From a virus (lineage: Duplodnaviria; Caudoviricetes): DNA of 38,033 bases. The stretch's first letter is position 1. Every line of letters starts with the position of its first letter. Below are positions 15,068 to 24,992 of this stretch, piece by piece. Made by a program: the position numbers and the translations under genes. The notes below the pieces were generated by a model. That model was not told where the DNA came from. It did not search any database and was given only the letters and a program-made list of their open reading frames with translations. Where the stretch lies: the IMG/VR virus record IMGVR_UViG_3300018050_000387, positions 1 to 38,033 of that record; one strand, given 5' to 3'.

Positions 15068-18049
15068 TTAGTGGCTAGATATTACACCAATCGCAGGGGA
15101 TTCGTCGGCACTTCCCCCACTGGTTTTTTCTACAGCACCTTCCATGGCTGAGTAGTCAAACACATAGCAGGTGCAGCTACCTGTTGAGATCGCAGTGCCT
15201 CGACCAATGTTGACTTTCTCTGGCCAGGATACCAACCAACCTTCGTCCTTGGCGTGCTCAATCAAGTTCTTGGGTTCTGTCCGATTCTTGGCGCACCAGT
15301 CTCCGAACTCTTTCTTGGCGATGAACAACTTGTCGATAAACTTGGGATCAAGCTTTTCCTTGGAGTTCGGGTTGGGGTTGCTCAGTATCCTGCGGCCAAC
15401 TGGTGAACCAAAAATGCGTGACTGTGATTCCTCAGGGCCACGGCTGTCAGTGCGCAAATCCCGATACCCATAGGTCACAATAATTCGGCTGGACATATCC
15501 CGCAAGAACCGCCCAAACGCATCGCCAGGGGATGTCATGTTCCCCGTGGTCACTGTGGAGATCATGTCGTTGATCAGGGTTACTGAGAACGCTTCCAGTT
15601 CAGCGTAGTCAAAGTCCACGATCTTGAGGTCAATCAGAATCTGCGCCGCCGACAATGTACATGCCGCATGACTGCGAAAGAAGCGGTACTCGGACTCGGG
15701 CAACAGTTTGCTCAGCTTGCCTTCCACCTTGTTGTACAAGTCCATGACTTCCTTCTGGTGGGTCACGACATACTTGAGGAACACGTCCCCAGCGTTGCCC
15801 CAGTTCTCGCGCATCTTGTCGATAGCGTTGGACACGTCCAAAGCAGGGTCGATGATGGGCACTTTGTATTTCTCAAAGTTAATGCTCAACATCCGCACAG
15901 CTTCAGCCTGAGTGTTTGCATTGTGAGCCGCCAGCTTGGCGTGCATGTCCTCGTTGGCGGTTAAGCCCACCACTGCTTTCCAAGTGTGTTGCTCAGCAAA
16001 TCCAACCTTGCCGCCACTGGAAGTCATCCTTGCCCGTTCCGTGCCTTGAGATACGGTGTACGCAAAGTTACTCAACTCGGCGGCATCCATGTCCGTCATC
16101 TCATCAAACACAACGGGGATGTTCTTGTGTGCGCCCACCAAGCCCCATCGTGCGTTGCGGGTTGCGCCTTCCTTGCCAGCCTTGATCAAACCGTTGGCAT
16201 CTGCCAGTCCATACAGTGCAGACCTCCATGCAGACGTTTTGCCCTTGCCTGAGTCACCGCTGTTGACGGCTACCAGAATGCCGTTGTAGCTGTCTTCGCC
16301 AAACGGGGTGAGCAAAGAGCCATACACATTGCAGTACACATACTGGGCAGCTTGGCTGTTCTCGCGGTTGTAGATGAAGTTGACCGCCTCTGAGTACTTG
16401 GACAGTGTGCCACGGGGTTCTGGGTAGATGCTTCTGAACGATGCCGCCGCTCCGCCAACGAACACCTTACGAACTGACCCATCAACGTGGTACAGCCTGT
16501 CGCCAAGCAGGAACCCGCTCATGTTGTCACGCCAGCCAAAGCTGGTCAGAGTGTCTGTCTCGCGTTGCTCCGACATCAGCTTCTGAATGGAGTCGCGTAT
16601 GTATGCGGTCAAGTGCATGGTCGCGTCCTTGTTATTGGATGGCAGCAATTCGTATTTGGATAGCGCCTTGAGTAGATCGGAGGAAGCTGCAATAGCCGCC
16701 GTATCCACTTCGAAATCCCTGATGCGCTTGTCAGGCAGGTGCATCCTGATCGTGAAGGCATAGGTCTTGTCGGCCTTGCATATGCGCTGGATGGGGTAGA
16801 ACAATGTGTGGCAGAAGGCATAGGGTTGTAGTATCCCGTCTTTGTCCTTTAGATACCGAATCATCCGGTTGGCGTTGAACTCATACGCCTCTGGGAACGG
16901 GGGAACAACTGTCTCCACAATCTCGGCTTCTTCTGTGGTGACTTCAACCAACTCTTCTTGTGACACTGGGATGATGCGGCCCAGCATGATTGGGCCTTTG
17001 ATCTTGCCCTTGTGAATACACCCCTCACACTTTTCTGGCGTAGCCCCCTTGGTCTGAAAGAACTCACAGCTTGTTGGGCCAGCGTCCCAGGAGTTGTACC
17101 GAATGTCCACATCTGTGTTGGAGTGGTTTGTTTCAGCGCGTTTTTCGCTCCACTCAACAGCCTTTTCGTGCCCTTCAATGCAATGCTTGATGATGCCGAT
17201 AACGCCACGCCATGTCTCATAATCCACGTCACCTTGAGTATCCCGCATGACTGCAACTTGAGCGCAGTGGTTGGCGACTTCCTCGATAGATGAGTCAATG
17301 TGTGGGTGCAAGTGCGCTGTCAGGTCATCGTTGATGTCTGGTTCGCCCCTGAGTTGGACAGGCTTAGCGCCATACTTATCCACAGCCCTAGCAACTGCGG
17401 CAGCAAACTGTGCAGGTTCAACTGGGTTAGTTGAGGACTTGACTTTCACTTGCCTGACATCGCGCCCAGGTTTTCGGTTGTGAGTACCCACTGGCCTCAA
17501 TACAGAAGACAGATCAGCCGTGCGTGTTGGGTCTACAAGCAGACCAGCTGAGTCAAGCGCCGCTTTGAATCCATTGGCCATCAGCCGCCAAGACTTCGGG
17601 CCGATCTCCGTGGTCAGGGGCCAGTAGCAGTGCAGTCCACCACCAGAGTCCACCAACATGGGGTCAGGGAATCCGTTGTCACGACAGAACCCAATGATGG
17701 CTTTGGCTGCATCCATCTTGGTCGCGTAGCCTTTACCCTTCTCGGCCTTGTCTTCCCCACAGTCAATGTCTGCCCAGAACGACTTGGCCTTGAGCCAGTT
17801 TTGCTGGCCACGGTATTTGCGTTTGATTTCCCCATCAACTTCGACTTCAAAGAAGGGTTCTTTGTACGCACAGCAAGCGTGATACACCGTCAGATCAGGC
17901 TGGCGGTCATAGGAATCCAATGCTTGGGCCATAAGTTCCAAGGACTCGTATGCTTTATGGGCATACCCCTTTGTACCTGCCCGGCTCAGGGCAATGAACT
18001 TATACCCTTCTTCGGGCAATGTCGCCCGTAGGAATTCGAGGGTGTTCAT
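15068..18049 (-). CDS. Primase (AEP/RepB-like + PriCT) fused to DUF927 / helicase domain
   Basis: SFWADIDCG and DSGGGLHCYW primase motifs, YETWRGVIG, FGW, Walker A GDSGKGKT, Walker B VVFDE. Confidence 0.85.
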   Translation of the reverse strand: MNTLEFLRATLPEEGYKFIALSRAGTKGYAHKAYESLELMAQALDSYDRQPDLTVYHACCAYKEPFFEVEVDGEIKRKYRGQQNWLKAKSFWADIDCGEDKAEKGKGYATKMDAAKAIIGFCRDNGFPDPMLVDSGGGLHCYWPLTTEIGPKSWRLMANGFKAALDSAGLLVDPTRTADLSSVLRPVGTHNRKPGRDVRQVKVKSSTNPVEPAQFAAAVARAVDKYGAKPVQLRGEPDINDDLTAHLHPHIDSSIEEVANHCAQVAVMRDTQGDVDYETWRGVIGIIKHCIEGHEKAVEWSEKRAETNHSNTDVDIRYNSWDAGPTSCEFFQTKGATPEKCEGCIHKGKIKGPIMLGRIIPVSQEELVEVTTEEAEIVETVVPPFPEAYEFNANRMIRYLKDKDGILQPYAFCHTLFYPIQRICKADKTYAFTIRMHLPDKRIRDFEVDTAAIAASSDLLKALSKYELLPSNNKDATMHLTAYIRDSIQKLMSEQRETDTLTSFGWRDNMSGFLLGDRLYHVDGSVRKVFVGGAAASFRSIYPEPRGTLSKYSEAVNFIYNRENSQAAQYVYCNVYGSLLTPFGEDSYNGILVAVNSGDSGKGKTSAWRSALYGLADANGLIKAGKEGATRNARWGLVGAHKNIPVVFDEMTDMDAAELSNFAYTVSQGTERARMTSSGGKVGFAEQHTWKAVVGLTANEDMHAKLAAHNANTQAEAVRMLSINFEKYKVPIIDPALDVSNAIDKMRENWGNAGDVFLKYVVTHQKEVMDLYNKVEGKLSKLLPESEYRFFRSHAACTLSAAQILIDLKIVDFDYAELEAFSVTLINDMISTVTTGNMTSPGDAFGRFLRDMSSRIIVTYGYRDLRTDSRGPEESQSRIFGSPVGRRILSNPNPNSKEKLDPKFIDKLFIAKKEFGDWCAKNRTEPKNLIEHAKDEGWLVSWPEKVNIGRGTAISTGSCTCYVFDYSAMEGAVEKTSGGSADESPAIGVISSH

Positions 18050-18052
18050 GAA

Positions 18053-18304
18053 TCACCCCGCAGTGATGATTCGTTTCTCCGTAGCCTCGGCCCCAATTCG
18101 GATAGTTTTTTCGATGTGTTCCATCGCCACCCGCATCAATTCCGCTGACTGAATAGACGACTCTGCCACCTCGACAATCGTGCGCCCAACCAACTCGGCT
18201 AACCCAAGGACAACTTCCCCGTGGTTGAACCCTTTGTCAACAAGTGCCGCATGTGCTTCGATCACAACACCAACAACTTTGCGCTGATCAATTTCGTATG
18301 CCAT
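18053..18304 (-). CDS. Hypothetical protein (83 aa)
   Basis: GGAGAG RBS; fills gap before primase. Confidence 0.8.
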   Translation of the reverse strand: MAYEIDQRKVVGVVIEAHAALVDKGFNHGEVVLGLAELVGRTIVEVAESSIQSAELMRVAMEHIEKTIRIGAEATEKRIITAG

Positions 18305-18326
18305 TTATCTCTCCAAGTTATACACC

Positions 18327-18356
18327 TGGGGTACTCACCGCAATGGCTTTCCCCCA
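18327..18356 (-). promoter_or_regulatory. Intergenic RNA hairpin with bulged-G (loop E / sarcin-ricin type) motif
   Basis: UGGGG-GAA-A-GCC-AUUGC-GGU-G-AGUA-CCCCA. Confidence 0.55.
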
Positions 18357-18362
18357 CAAAGA

Positions 18363-19277
18363 TCAGTCGTCAAAGTTCAAGTCATCAAGATTCAAACCGC
18401 CAATTTCCATGTCCGCCATAGCGGGTTCAGGCTTTGGTTCAGGCTTGGCCTTGGCCTTGACCGCTGGCTTTGGCTCAGGCTTTGATTCAAGCAACTTCTC
18501 GATCACAGGTGCCAACTTGGGGGTCTCCGCTTCAGGCTCGACATGCTCCACAGCATACCCGCTTCCCAAAATAACTGGTACAGCGTCACCCTGGATAACC
18601 TCCTTGACCAACTCATACGCCTCATCGCTGAGCATACCGACTGGCTTAAAGGTCAGCTTGGGGCTGGCTTCTTCTGCAACAAACCCGATGCGGGTAACAA
18701 CCATGTTGTATGCCAGCTTGCCGCCGCCGCGCTTCTTGAGCAGGTCACCAAACTCACCCAGTGCCTTGATGGACGCAGGGGGAACACGCAACAACATGGG
18801 GTCGTTGAGTTGATCGGGTGCTGCCACAGCAATACGCACAGAGTCTTGGCAAGCCTTGCCTTTACGGCCATCATCGCTGATCTTGGAACCCCACTGCGCT
18901 TTGGGGCATACAGCACAGGACTTGGACTGCGGCTTATCAACACTGCCATCAGGCTTGGAGCCATCGTTGCTGAAGCAGTCAGGCTTGGTAGCCTCCGCAC
19001 CTTCTTGGTAGCCCTTGGCATAGAACACCTTGGACACGCCCTTGTTGGCCTTGAGAATCACCACTTCCAAAGAAGAGGCCACGCTGTCAGGGTCTTTGGG
19101 GTTCATCAGCACAGTACGCTCACCGCCACGGGAGACAGAGAACGTTTTGCCTTTGATGCTGAGCACCGGGAACCCGGCACTGGCGTGTGCAGTCAGGTCA
19201 TCGTTGATTTCTGCGGCATTGGATGAACGCAGGTAAGCTGGCAAATTGCCAGTGTCGAAAGGGATGATATTACTCAT
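18363..19277 (-). CDS. Putative ssDNA-binding / recombination protein
   Basis: GGAG RBS; Cys motifs (DCFS, CAVCPK, KACQ); Pro/Lys/Glu linker and acidic tail LDDLNFDD; lies in replication module. Confidence 0.6.
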   Translation of the reverse strand: MSNIIPFDTGNLPAYLRSSNAAEINDDLTAHASAGFPVLSIKGKTFSVSRGGERTVLMNPKDPDSVASSLEVVILKANKGVSKVFYAKGYQEGAEATKPDCFSNDGSKPDGSVDKPQSKSCAVCPKAQWGSKISDDGRKGKACQDSVRIAVAAPDQLNDPMLLRVPPASIKALGEFGDLLKKRGGGKLAYNMVVTRIGFVAEEASPKLTFKPVGMLSDEAYELVKEVIQGDAVPVILGSGYAVEHVEPEAETPKLAPVIEKLLESKPEPKPAVKAKAKPEPKPEPAMADMEIGGLNLDDLNFDD

Positions 19278-19304
19278 CGTGGTTTTTCTCCAGTTGTTAA
19301 AAGA

Positions 19305-19688
19305 TTAAGAGGCGCGGCGGATATTGACTACCCGTTCTTCACGCCAATTGACTCCAGGGGGGACATCGTCATGGACAGCTTTGTATTGCTCGACCCCGGT
19401 TTTCGAGCAACGCTTCTCTAATAAGTGGAACGCCTCATTGGCCTTTACAAACTCCATGAACGTGTCAGGGTCTGCAATTGAGGCCATTGTGGTTGTGGAT
19501 GTGTACGCTGTACCAAAAGGTGTTTTGATGGAATCCAAGCCAGCGGTGTCGAATGTCTGCAACAGCACTGCTTCGATCTTGTCCAGCTTCTCATCAATCT
19601 TTGATTTCTGCGCATCATATTCTGCTTTGAGTTGGGACTTTTTGTCTCGCAGTGCGATGTAGTTTTCTACTATTTCGGAAAGCTTCAT
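19305..19688 (-). CDS. Conserved coiled-coil phage protein in replication module (127 aa)
   Basis: GGAG RBS; N-terminal coiled coil, SIKTPFGTAY, VPPGVN. Confidence 0.8.
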   Translation of the reverse strand: MKLSEIVENYIALRDKKSQLKAEYDAQKSKIDEKLDKIEAVLLQTFDTAGLDSIKTPFGTAYTSTTTMASIADPDTFMEFVKANEAFHLLEKRCSKTGVEQYKAVHDDVPPGVNWREERVVNIRRAS

Positions 19689-19709
19689 TTTTTCTCCAGA
19701 GGGGGACTG

Positions 19710-19737
19710 ATCTTACTTGTTTTGAGGGGGTTGTGAA
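19710..19737 (-). promoter_or_regulatory. Putative sigma70-type promoter
   Basis: TTCACA-16 nt-TAAGAT in the intergenic gap upstream of the 19688 start. Confidence 0.4.
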
Positions 19738-19746
19738 TAGGGGTTT

Positions 19747-21312
19747 TCACTGATCTGATTCAATTCCTTTCATAATTTCCAGTAGCGCCCCTTGCAGTTT
19801 CTGCTTCTTTTGGAGGCGGGTGTATATACGCCGTTCTATGTCACTCCCAGCTATGTGAGCGATCACTGTCGTTCTTGTCTGCCCAGGACGGCGCACACGG
19901 GCACATGCTTGCTCATAGATGTCGTTGCTGTGGATGGGTGCGTACCAAATCACAGTGGTTGCGGCAGTCAAGGTCAGCCCGTGGCTCATAGTTCCAGGGT
20001 TCGCCACGATGACATGGGGGAACTCTTTTTCCTGGAAGTTGCGGAATATCTCATCCCGCTCGGCTTTGGGTGTAGCCCCATGAACGGCGGCAACTTCCCA
20101 CTCCACAGACAGCTTGGACACTACATCTTCCAGCACCCCAGTCAACGGCACAAACACAATGACTTTGCCTTCGGACTCTTCGACCAACTCTTTGAGGACT
20201 TCAATGCGTGGTTCGTTAGGGATGTGGATGTATTCCCCGTTCTTGCCATACGCCACCCCGCAAGCAATCTGCACAAGCTTGTTGGCTTTGACCGCCTCGT
20301 TGACCGCCAAGACTTCGCCGCCTTCGTACTCTGCCGTGAGTTTCTCCAGCATGTGTTTGTAGGCTTCTTTTTGTTCCTTGGTCATCTCCACATCGCGGGT
20401 GACAAAAGTTTGTTCTGGTAAGTCAATGCAGTCATCCAGCGCAAATCGAACGGCTGGCTGCATCACCTTCTTTACAACTTCCACGGCATTGGGGCGAGGT
20501 GTCCAAATAAACTGAGTGATCTGCTTCATCACCATGTCTCTGAACTGACTGAAGTACTTAGGTACATCAGGGTTTGCTGGACACACGATGCGGCATTGCG
20601 CCCATGCGTCTGTTGGTTCATGCGGTGTAGGTGCGCCAGTCAACGCCCAGATACGCCGTACCTTTTGTTTGTTGCAGACTTCGTTGAGTATCTTCCATCG
20701 ATCAGTGCTTGCATTGCGGAACATGGCGATCTCATCCACGATGATCAAGTCGATGTCGTCACGCTTAGCCAGTGCATCTTTAATTGTCTTGATGCCGTCT
20801 GTGTTGATGATGTACACATCTGCTGGTTGTGCCAACAGCTTGAGGCGTCTCTCGCGTGTACCGTACAACACCGTGGCGTCCAAGTGTGGGAACGTGCGAA
20901 ATATCTCGTCTGCCCAGGTGCGCTCCATCGTAGAGAGTGGACAAATAACTAGCACACGCTTAACCATCTTGGCATCTCGCATGTAGTCATACGCCCACAG
21001 TGACGTGACTGTCTTACCAAGCCCCATACTGTTTAAGCAGAAGGCTCTGTCGTGCATGGATAGAAAGTTAGCAGTCTCCACTTGGGCAGCGAAGGGCTTG
21101 AACCGTCCAGGCCATTTGTAGTAGTACGACATCGGGTCTGGTGCATTGAATCCAAGGTTGCGGAGAACCTTAACTTCATCAGGCCGGTGTGGTATTGCTA
21201 CCAATGATTCGCCGTTGTGAGTCACCATCCGTGCAGTTGGGATGGGTATTGTGACTCTGCTGGGATTTCTCAGTTTCAGGATTACTGCTTTTTTGTCTTG
21301 TCTTATTAGCAT
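19747..21312 (-). CDS. SNF2-family (SF2) helicase
   Basis: MGLGKT, IIVDE, LTGAP, HGLTLT, QACARVRRPGQ; ATG at 21312 overlaps upstream stop. Confidence 0.92.
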   Translation of the reverse strand: MLIRQDKKAVILKLRNPSRVTIPIPTARMVTHNGESLVAIPHRPDEVKVLRNLGFNAPDPMSYYYKWPGRFKPFAAQVETANFLSMHDRAFCLNSMGLGKTVTSLWAYDYMRDAKMVKRVLVICPLSTMERTWADEIFRTFPHLDATVLYGTRERRLKLLAQPADVYIINTDGIKTIKDALAKRDDIDLIIVDEIAMFRNASTDRWKILNEVCNKQKVRRIWALTGAPTPHEPTDAWAQCRIVCPANPDVPKYFSQFRDMVMKQITQFIWTPRPNAVEVVKKVMQPAVRFALDDCIDLPEQTFVTRDVEMTKEQKEAYKHMLEKLTAEYEGGEVLAVNEAVKANKLVQIACGVAYGKNGEYIHIPNEPRIEVLKELVEESEGKVIVFVPLTGVLEDVVSKLSVEWEVAAVHGATPKAERDEIFRNFQEKEFPHVIVANPGTMSHGLTLTAATTVIWYAPIHSNDIYEQACARVRRPGQTRTTVIAHIAGSDIERRIYTRLQKKQKLQGALLEIMKGIESDQ

Positions 21313-21563
21313 GAAAGTCTCATAGAAACCAGAAGAATTGTGATGCTGTCTTCTGTAAGCGGGTGTTGAAGTTCCATTTTGTGGCAAATCGCATTTTTTG
21401 TAATCCATTGAACTTGTAGGGCGTCTGACTCCAAGGTATACCCCACGGCGGTGTGTGTCACATGTGCGGGTATTTCACGCCCCATGAATAACGTGCCGGG
21501 GCGTACTATCGACGGCAAGAACATAAAAAAGTTGTTAACATAATTAGCCGTACTTACTGCCAT
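21306..21563 (-). CDS. Hypothetical protein (about 85 aa)
   Basis: GGAG upstream of ATG 21563; fills gap between HNH and helicase; start uncertain. Confidence 0.55.
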   Translation of the reverse strand: MAVSTANYVNNFFMFLPSIVRPGTLFMGREIPAHVTHTAVGYTLESDALQVQWITKNAICHKMELQHPLTEDSITILLVSMRLSC

Positions 21564-21804
21564 TCGTTTTTCTCCAGCCTCTGTTGGTTTCTTTATCGAC
21601 CACTCGAAGATTGCTCTTGGCGTTCGTGCCTTTGCCGTCCAGCATGGTCTTGTGATCGACATCCTTGCCGTCTCCCTTTTTGACTTTGCCGTCACGCATC
21701 AACTCAGCCCTCGCTTTGTTGCGCATCTCGCGCTTATTCACTTGTTCTGGTTTCGCGTTGTACGCTTTGTCATACGCTGCTTTTGTTGGCCCACCTTTGT
21801 TCAT
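21544..21804 (-). CDS. Small HNH-type endonuclease
   Basis: GDGKDVDH...GTNAKSNLRV...NR motif; ATGA overlap. Confidence 0.8.
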   Translation of the reverse strand: MNKGGPTKAAYDKAYNAKPEQVNKREMRNKARAELMRDGKVKKGDGKDVDHKTMLDGKGTNAKSNLRVVDKETNRGWRKTNGSKYG

Positions 21805-22097
21805 GACCCCTCCGAATTAATGTATTCAATCACTTGCTTTGCATCATCCACCACGATGGCCCATCCACCGTGAGTTTTGATTTCCTCAATCCTACGCTCT
21901 TGGTTCGGTGTTGTCTGTCCTCGTTTACCCGGAGCCTTGGTTTCTATCGCCAAGAACTGCCCCTTCCAACAACAGATAAAGTCGGGGATACCGACCACAC
22001 CAAACCCATTTTGCATTGGCATAAAAAACCAGATGTCTCTGGCTTTAAGCACCTTCTTAACGGCGTCTTTGACTTTGCCTTCAGGTGTTTGTGCCAT
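21801..22097 (-). CDS. VRR-NUC domain nuclease (possible Holliday junction resolvase)
   Basis: TPEGKVK, GIPDFI, AIETKAPG, TPNQ. Confidence 0.9.
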   Translation of the reverse strand: MAQTPEGKVKDAVKKVLKARDIWFFMPMQNGFGVVGIPDFICCWKGQFLAIETKAPGKRGQTTPNQERRIEEIKTHGGWAIVVDDAKQVIEYINSEGS

Positions 22098-22750
22098 TAC
22101 TTTCTATCCTTATAAAACTCACACGTCTTGACAGGACACCACCCATTACACAGCCCTGACGGACGGGCAGGCCAAGAATCCCGCTCGTGCGCAGACTCCA
22201 GCTTACGCACCTTGGGCAGAAACGTGTTCCAGATCATTGGCACTTGGTCGCGTGTAAACACTTCCTTGTCAATCTTCTTGTCCCGCATCCACACAAAACC
22301 AGTTGTCACCGTGGTGACTTCGGGGTAGTATGCAAACGTGTATCCAGCGTACAGCATAAGCTGGTGGGTAAGCTTTCGCTTGCCGGTTTTGTAGTCCAGC
22401 GTCCAGGCTTGCCTGCCATCCACTACAAGTACGTCTGCGATACCCCGAGTCCATGCGTTGTCCCACGGGGCTGGCTGGAACGAATTGTCCAGTGCCATCT
22501 GCTCTTCGCACATGATCTTACCGGGTAATGCAGCGATCTTCTTGGCCAGTCCCTCCCACTGTTGCATACCTTCTGGCAACGCTGTGCCCAGCTTGATGCG
22601 GTGCTCCATAGCCTCATGCACTTTGCCGCCCCATAAAGTCGCCTCTGTGGGTGATTCGATGGTGTCTTTCTTGACACGCACATGGTAGAACTGTCGAGGG
22701 CAGGTCTCAAATTTCTCAAGCTGAGAATACGTCCAGGCTGGAATGGTCAT
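22097..22750 (-). CDS. PD-(D/E)XK exonuclease (RecB/Cas4-like)
   Basis: WTYSQL..FETCP, G.KVH, RGIADV, LDYKTGK, QLMLYA, C-terminal CNGWCPVKTC. Confidence 0.88.
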   Translation of the reverse strand: MTIPAWTYSQLEKFETCPRQFYHVRVKKDTIESPTEATLWGGKVHEAMEHRIKLGTALPEGMQQWEGLAKKIAALPGKIMCEEQMALDNSFQPAPWDNAWTRGIADVLVVDGRQAWTLDYKTGKRKLTHQLMLYAGYTFAYYPEVTTVTTGFVWMRDKKIDKEVFTRDQVPMIWNTFLPKVRKLESAHERDSWPARPSGLCNGWCPVKTCEFYKDRK

Positions 22751-22760
22751 ATATGTCGTT

Positions 22761-24608
22761 TCATTTAGCGTCCCCATACGTGTCACCAATGTCGCCTTCG
22801 CAGGTCACAGGTAACAGGCTTGCCCACTTAGGTGGACGGCTCATCTGCTCCATCATCACGGTCAGCGTCCACTCAGCGCGGTGTTCGGGAACAACGCACA
22901 CAACCTCATCATGCACGGTCAGCACGACACGGTGGCGCTCATCTGGCGTATCCATCGGACGCAGTATCTGCTCGATCTGAGCCATTTGGTTGAACACCAC
23001 AATCCTGGCCAACGCCTGGACTACGTTCTCTACAAACTTACCGCCGTAGATTTTGACTGGGCCATAGCGCCCATCATATACGTAATTTCCATCTGTCTCC
23101 CGGCGCAGATTGGCGTACCGAATCATGGTTCCGTTGGGCAGGTGGACACCTTCCCCATCGCAGAGTAGGTTAAGCGGCCCACCAAAGTCGCATTCAAACC
23201 CCTTGGACATTTTCTGCAACGCTTCGTTCCCACTGTTCCACAGCTGGGCTATGTGGTTGTACGTGTTTCTGTACAGGCTGACGGTGCGCTTGGCCTCATC
23301 TTCTGGCATATCCACAGATATTCCACCGGAGCCAGCCTTCAGGGTCGCCTTAAACTTTTCCGAACCCATGCCGTATCCAAGGCCCAAGATACAGGTCTTG
23401 CCAACAAACCGCTCGACCTTGTCTGCTTTAGTGACTGTCTTGCCGTACACGTTGGAGGCGAACAGTGAGTAGATGTCCTCACCACGGGCAAACGCTTTGA
23501 CCAAGTCTTCCTGGTTAGACAGCCATGCCACCACACGCGCTTCGATCTGACTTGAGTCACAAACTACAAGCTTGTGTCCAGATGGAGCCTTAATTGACCT
23601 ACGTAGTGCGCCGCCGCGTGGCAAGTTCTGCAAGTTCATTTTGTCACCGCCGCTTGCCCGACCAGTGTGCGCACCCCAGTAGTTCAGCAGTATCGGTAAC
23701 GTGCCACGGGAGGCGATGCCGATGAAGCTTTCTGTCCGGGTTTCCTCAAGCGTTGACTTGATACCGAGACGTGCGGCAACGACGGCTTGGACTCGCGTAT
23801 CCGGGTGCTCAAGTAGGGCTTTGAACCCTGGGTCAGTTTTACCAAACGCATATGTATCCTTTTCAGTTCGCAAACTCACCTTCATTGGGGGCGTGACCCC
23901 CAGCTTGGTCAATACCTCAGCAAACTTTGGGTTTGACATTAATGCATCGCGCCCAATGGTAGTGTCAATTCTGTCCATCAGCTTTGCCTTCTTCTCTTGC
24001 ACAGCGTTCAGGTGGTCTCCAAGAAGAGGGATGTCGAGTTCCAGCACAGGGTCAGTGAACATACGCACCATCAAGTCCTGAATAAACAGTTCCTTTGGCG
24101 GGTTCCACTGTTTGAGTATGTGATACAAATTCCAGCAAAGCTGAACGTCATCGATGCAGTACACACCATAAGCTGCCAACTGCGATGGAGGAAAGTCCTC
24201 ACGTCTAAATCCCAAAGCGTTAACCACTTCAGTTCCCTTGGCCCCCAAAGCAAACTTCTGCGCCAGCTTGGCAAGACTGCCGCCCACAGTGCCGCCAGTG
24301 ATAGGTCGCGCCATTGACAGCGTGTCAATGTAGAACTTAGGGCGTATGCCGTACCGCCATGCCAGAATAGCCCCATCAAACGCCATGTTGTGTGCGACCA
24401 AGTAGCTGTCTTCGATATCAAGCGAGGCCAAGGCCATGGCAATTTCATTGTCGCTACCCGTCACCCACTGCGACTCTTGGTCGTTCACCTTGTATCCAAA
24501 CCCAATCACTTGGAACTGTGGGTCGCGTATGTACGCCTCAGTCGTCATCTTGGACAGACTGAAATCCTTTGAGTAGTAAGTCTCAAAGTCTAGGGTGATC
24601 ATTCGCAT
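22761..24608 (-). CDS. polA: Family A DNA polymerase with 3'-5' exonuclease
   Basis: Exo LDFET / HNMAFD / YCIDD; motif A DSSQIEAR; motif B RFVGKTCILGLGYG; motif C VHDE. Confidence 0.95.
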   Translation of the reverse strand: MRMITLDFETYYSKDFSLSKMTTEAYIRDPQFQVIGFGYKVNDQESQWVTGSDNEIAMALASLDIEDSYLVAHNMAFDGAILAWRYGIRPKFYIDTLSMARPITGGTVGGSLAKLAQKFALGAKGTEVVNALGFRREDFPPSQLAAYGVYCIDDVQLCWNLYHILKQWNPPKELFIQDLMVRMFTDPVLELDIPLLGDHLNAVQEKKAKLMDRIDTTIGRDALMSNPKFAEVLTKLGVTPPMKVSLRTEKDTYAFGKTDPGFKALLEHPDTRVQAVVAARLGIKSTLEETRTESFIGIASRGTLPILLNYWGAHTGRASGGDKMNLQNLPRGGALRRSIKAPSGHKLVVCDSSQIEARVVAWLSNQEDLVKAFARGEDIYSLFASNVYGKTVTKADKVERFVGKTCILGLGYGMGSEKFKATLKAGSGGISVDMPEDEAKRTVSLYRNTYNHIAQLWNSGNEALQKMSKGFECDFGGPLNLLCDGEGVHLPNGTMIRYANLRRETDGNYVYDGRYGPVKIYGGKFVENVVQALARIVVFNQMAQIEQILRPMDTPDERHRVVLTVHDEVVCVVPEHRAEWTLTVMMEQMSRPPKWASLLPVTCEGDIGDTYGDAK

Positions 24609-24774
24609 TCGCTTTCCTCCGCTTTTTAAAAAAATACTTGATTACCTGAATGTTCACGCCAAATCGCTCGGCAATCTCCCGCATGGATACGCCTTGGCTA
24701 TGCAGCACCAGTGTGCGGCGTTCATCGATTAGCGTGGGCTTGCGTCCACTCCCCGGTCTTGCCCCGCCCTTCAT
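24583..24774 (-). CDS. Small helix-turn-helix DNA-binding protein
   Basis: GGARPGSGRK arm followed by GVSMREIAERFGVNIQVI HTH. Confidence 0.8.
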   Translation of the reverse strand: MKGGARPGSGRKPTLIDERRTLVLHSQGVSMREIAERFGVNIQVIKYFFKKRRKANANDHPRL

Positions 24775-24992
24775 GCGCCGTCCCCTTCTGTTGGGTGTTC
24801 AACTAATCTCTTTTGCAATCGCACAATGCGTTGCTCGTTGTAAGTCACCACTGACTTCGCGTAGTCAACAGCACTCTCTGCTTCAAGCTTGTTAAGTTGC
24901 GCCTCGCGTAGTTCTTTGGAGATGATCTCCTGCAATGTCCTTGCCCTCAAGGTTTCTTTGCATCGTCTGAGTATTGGTTCATGCCAACTCAC
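24771..24992 (-). CDS. Hypothetical coiled-coil protein
   Basis: GTGA overlap with upstream stop; ELREAQLNKLEAESAVDYAKS. Confidence 0.7.
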   Translation of the reverse strand: MSWHEPILRRCKETLRARTLQEIISKELREAQLNKLEAESAVDYAKSVVTYNEQRIVRLQKRLVEHPTEGDGA

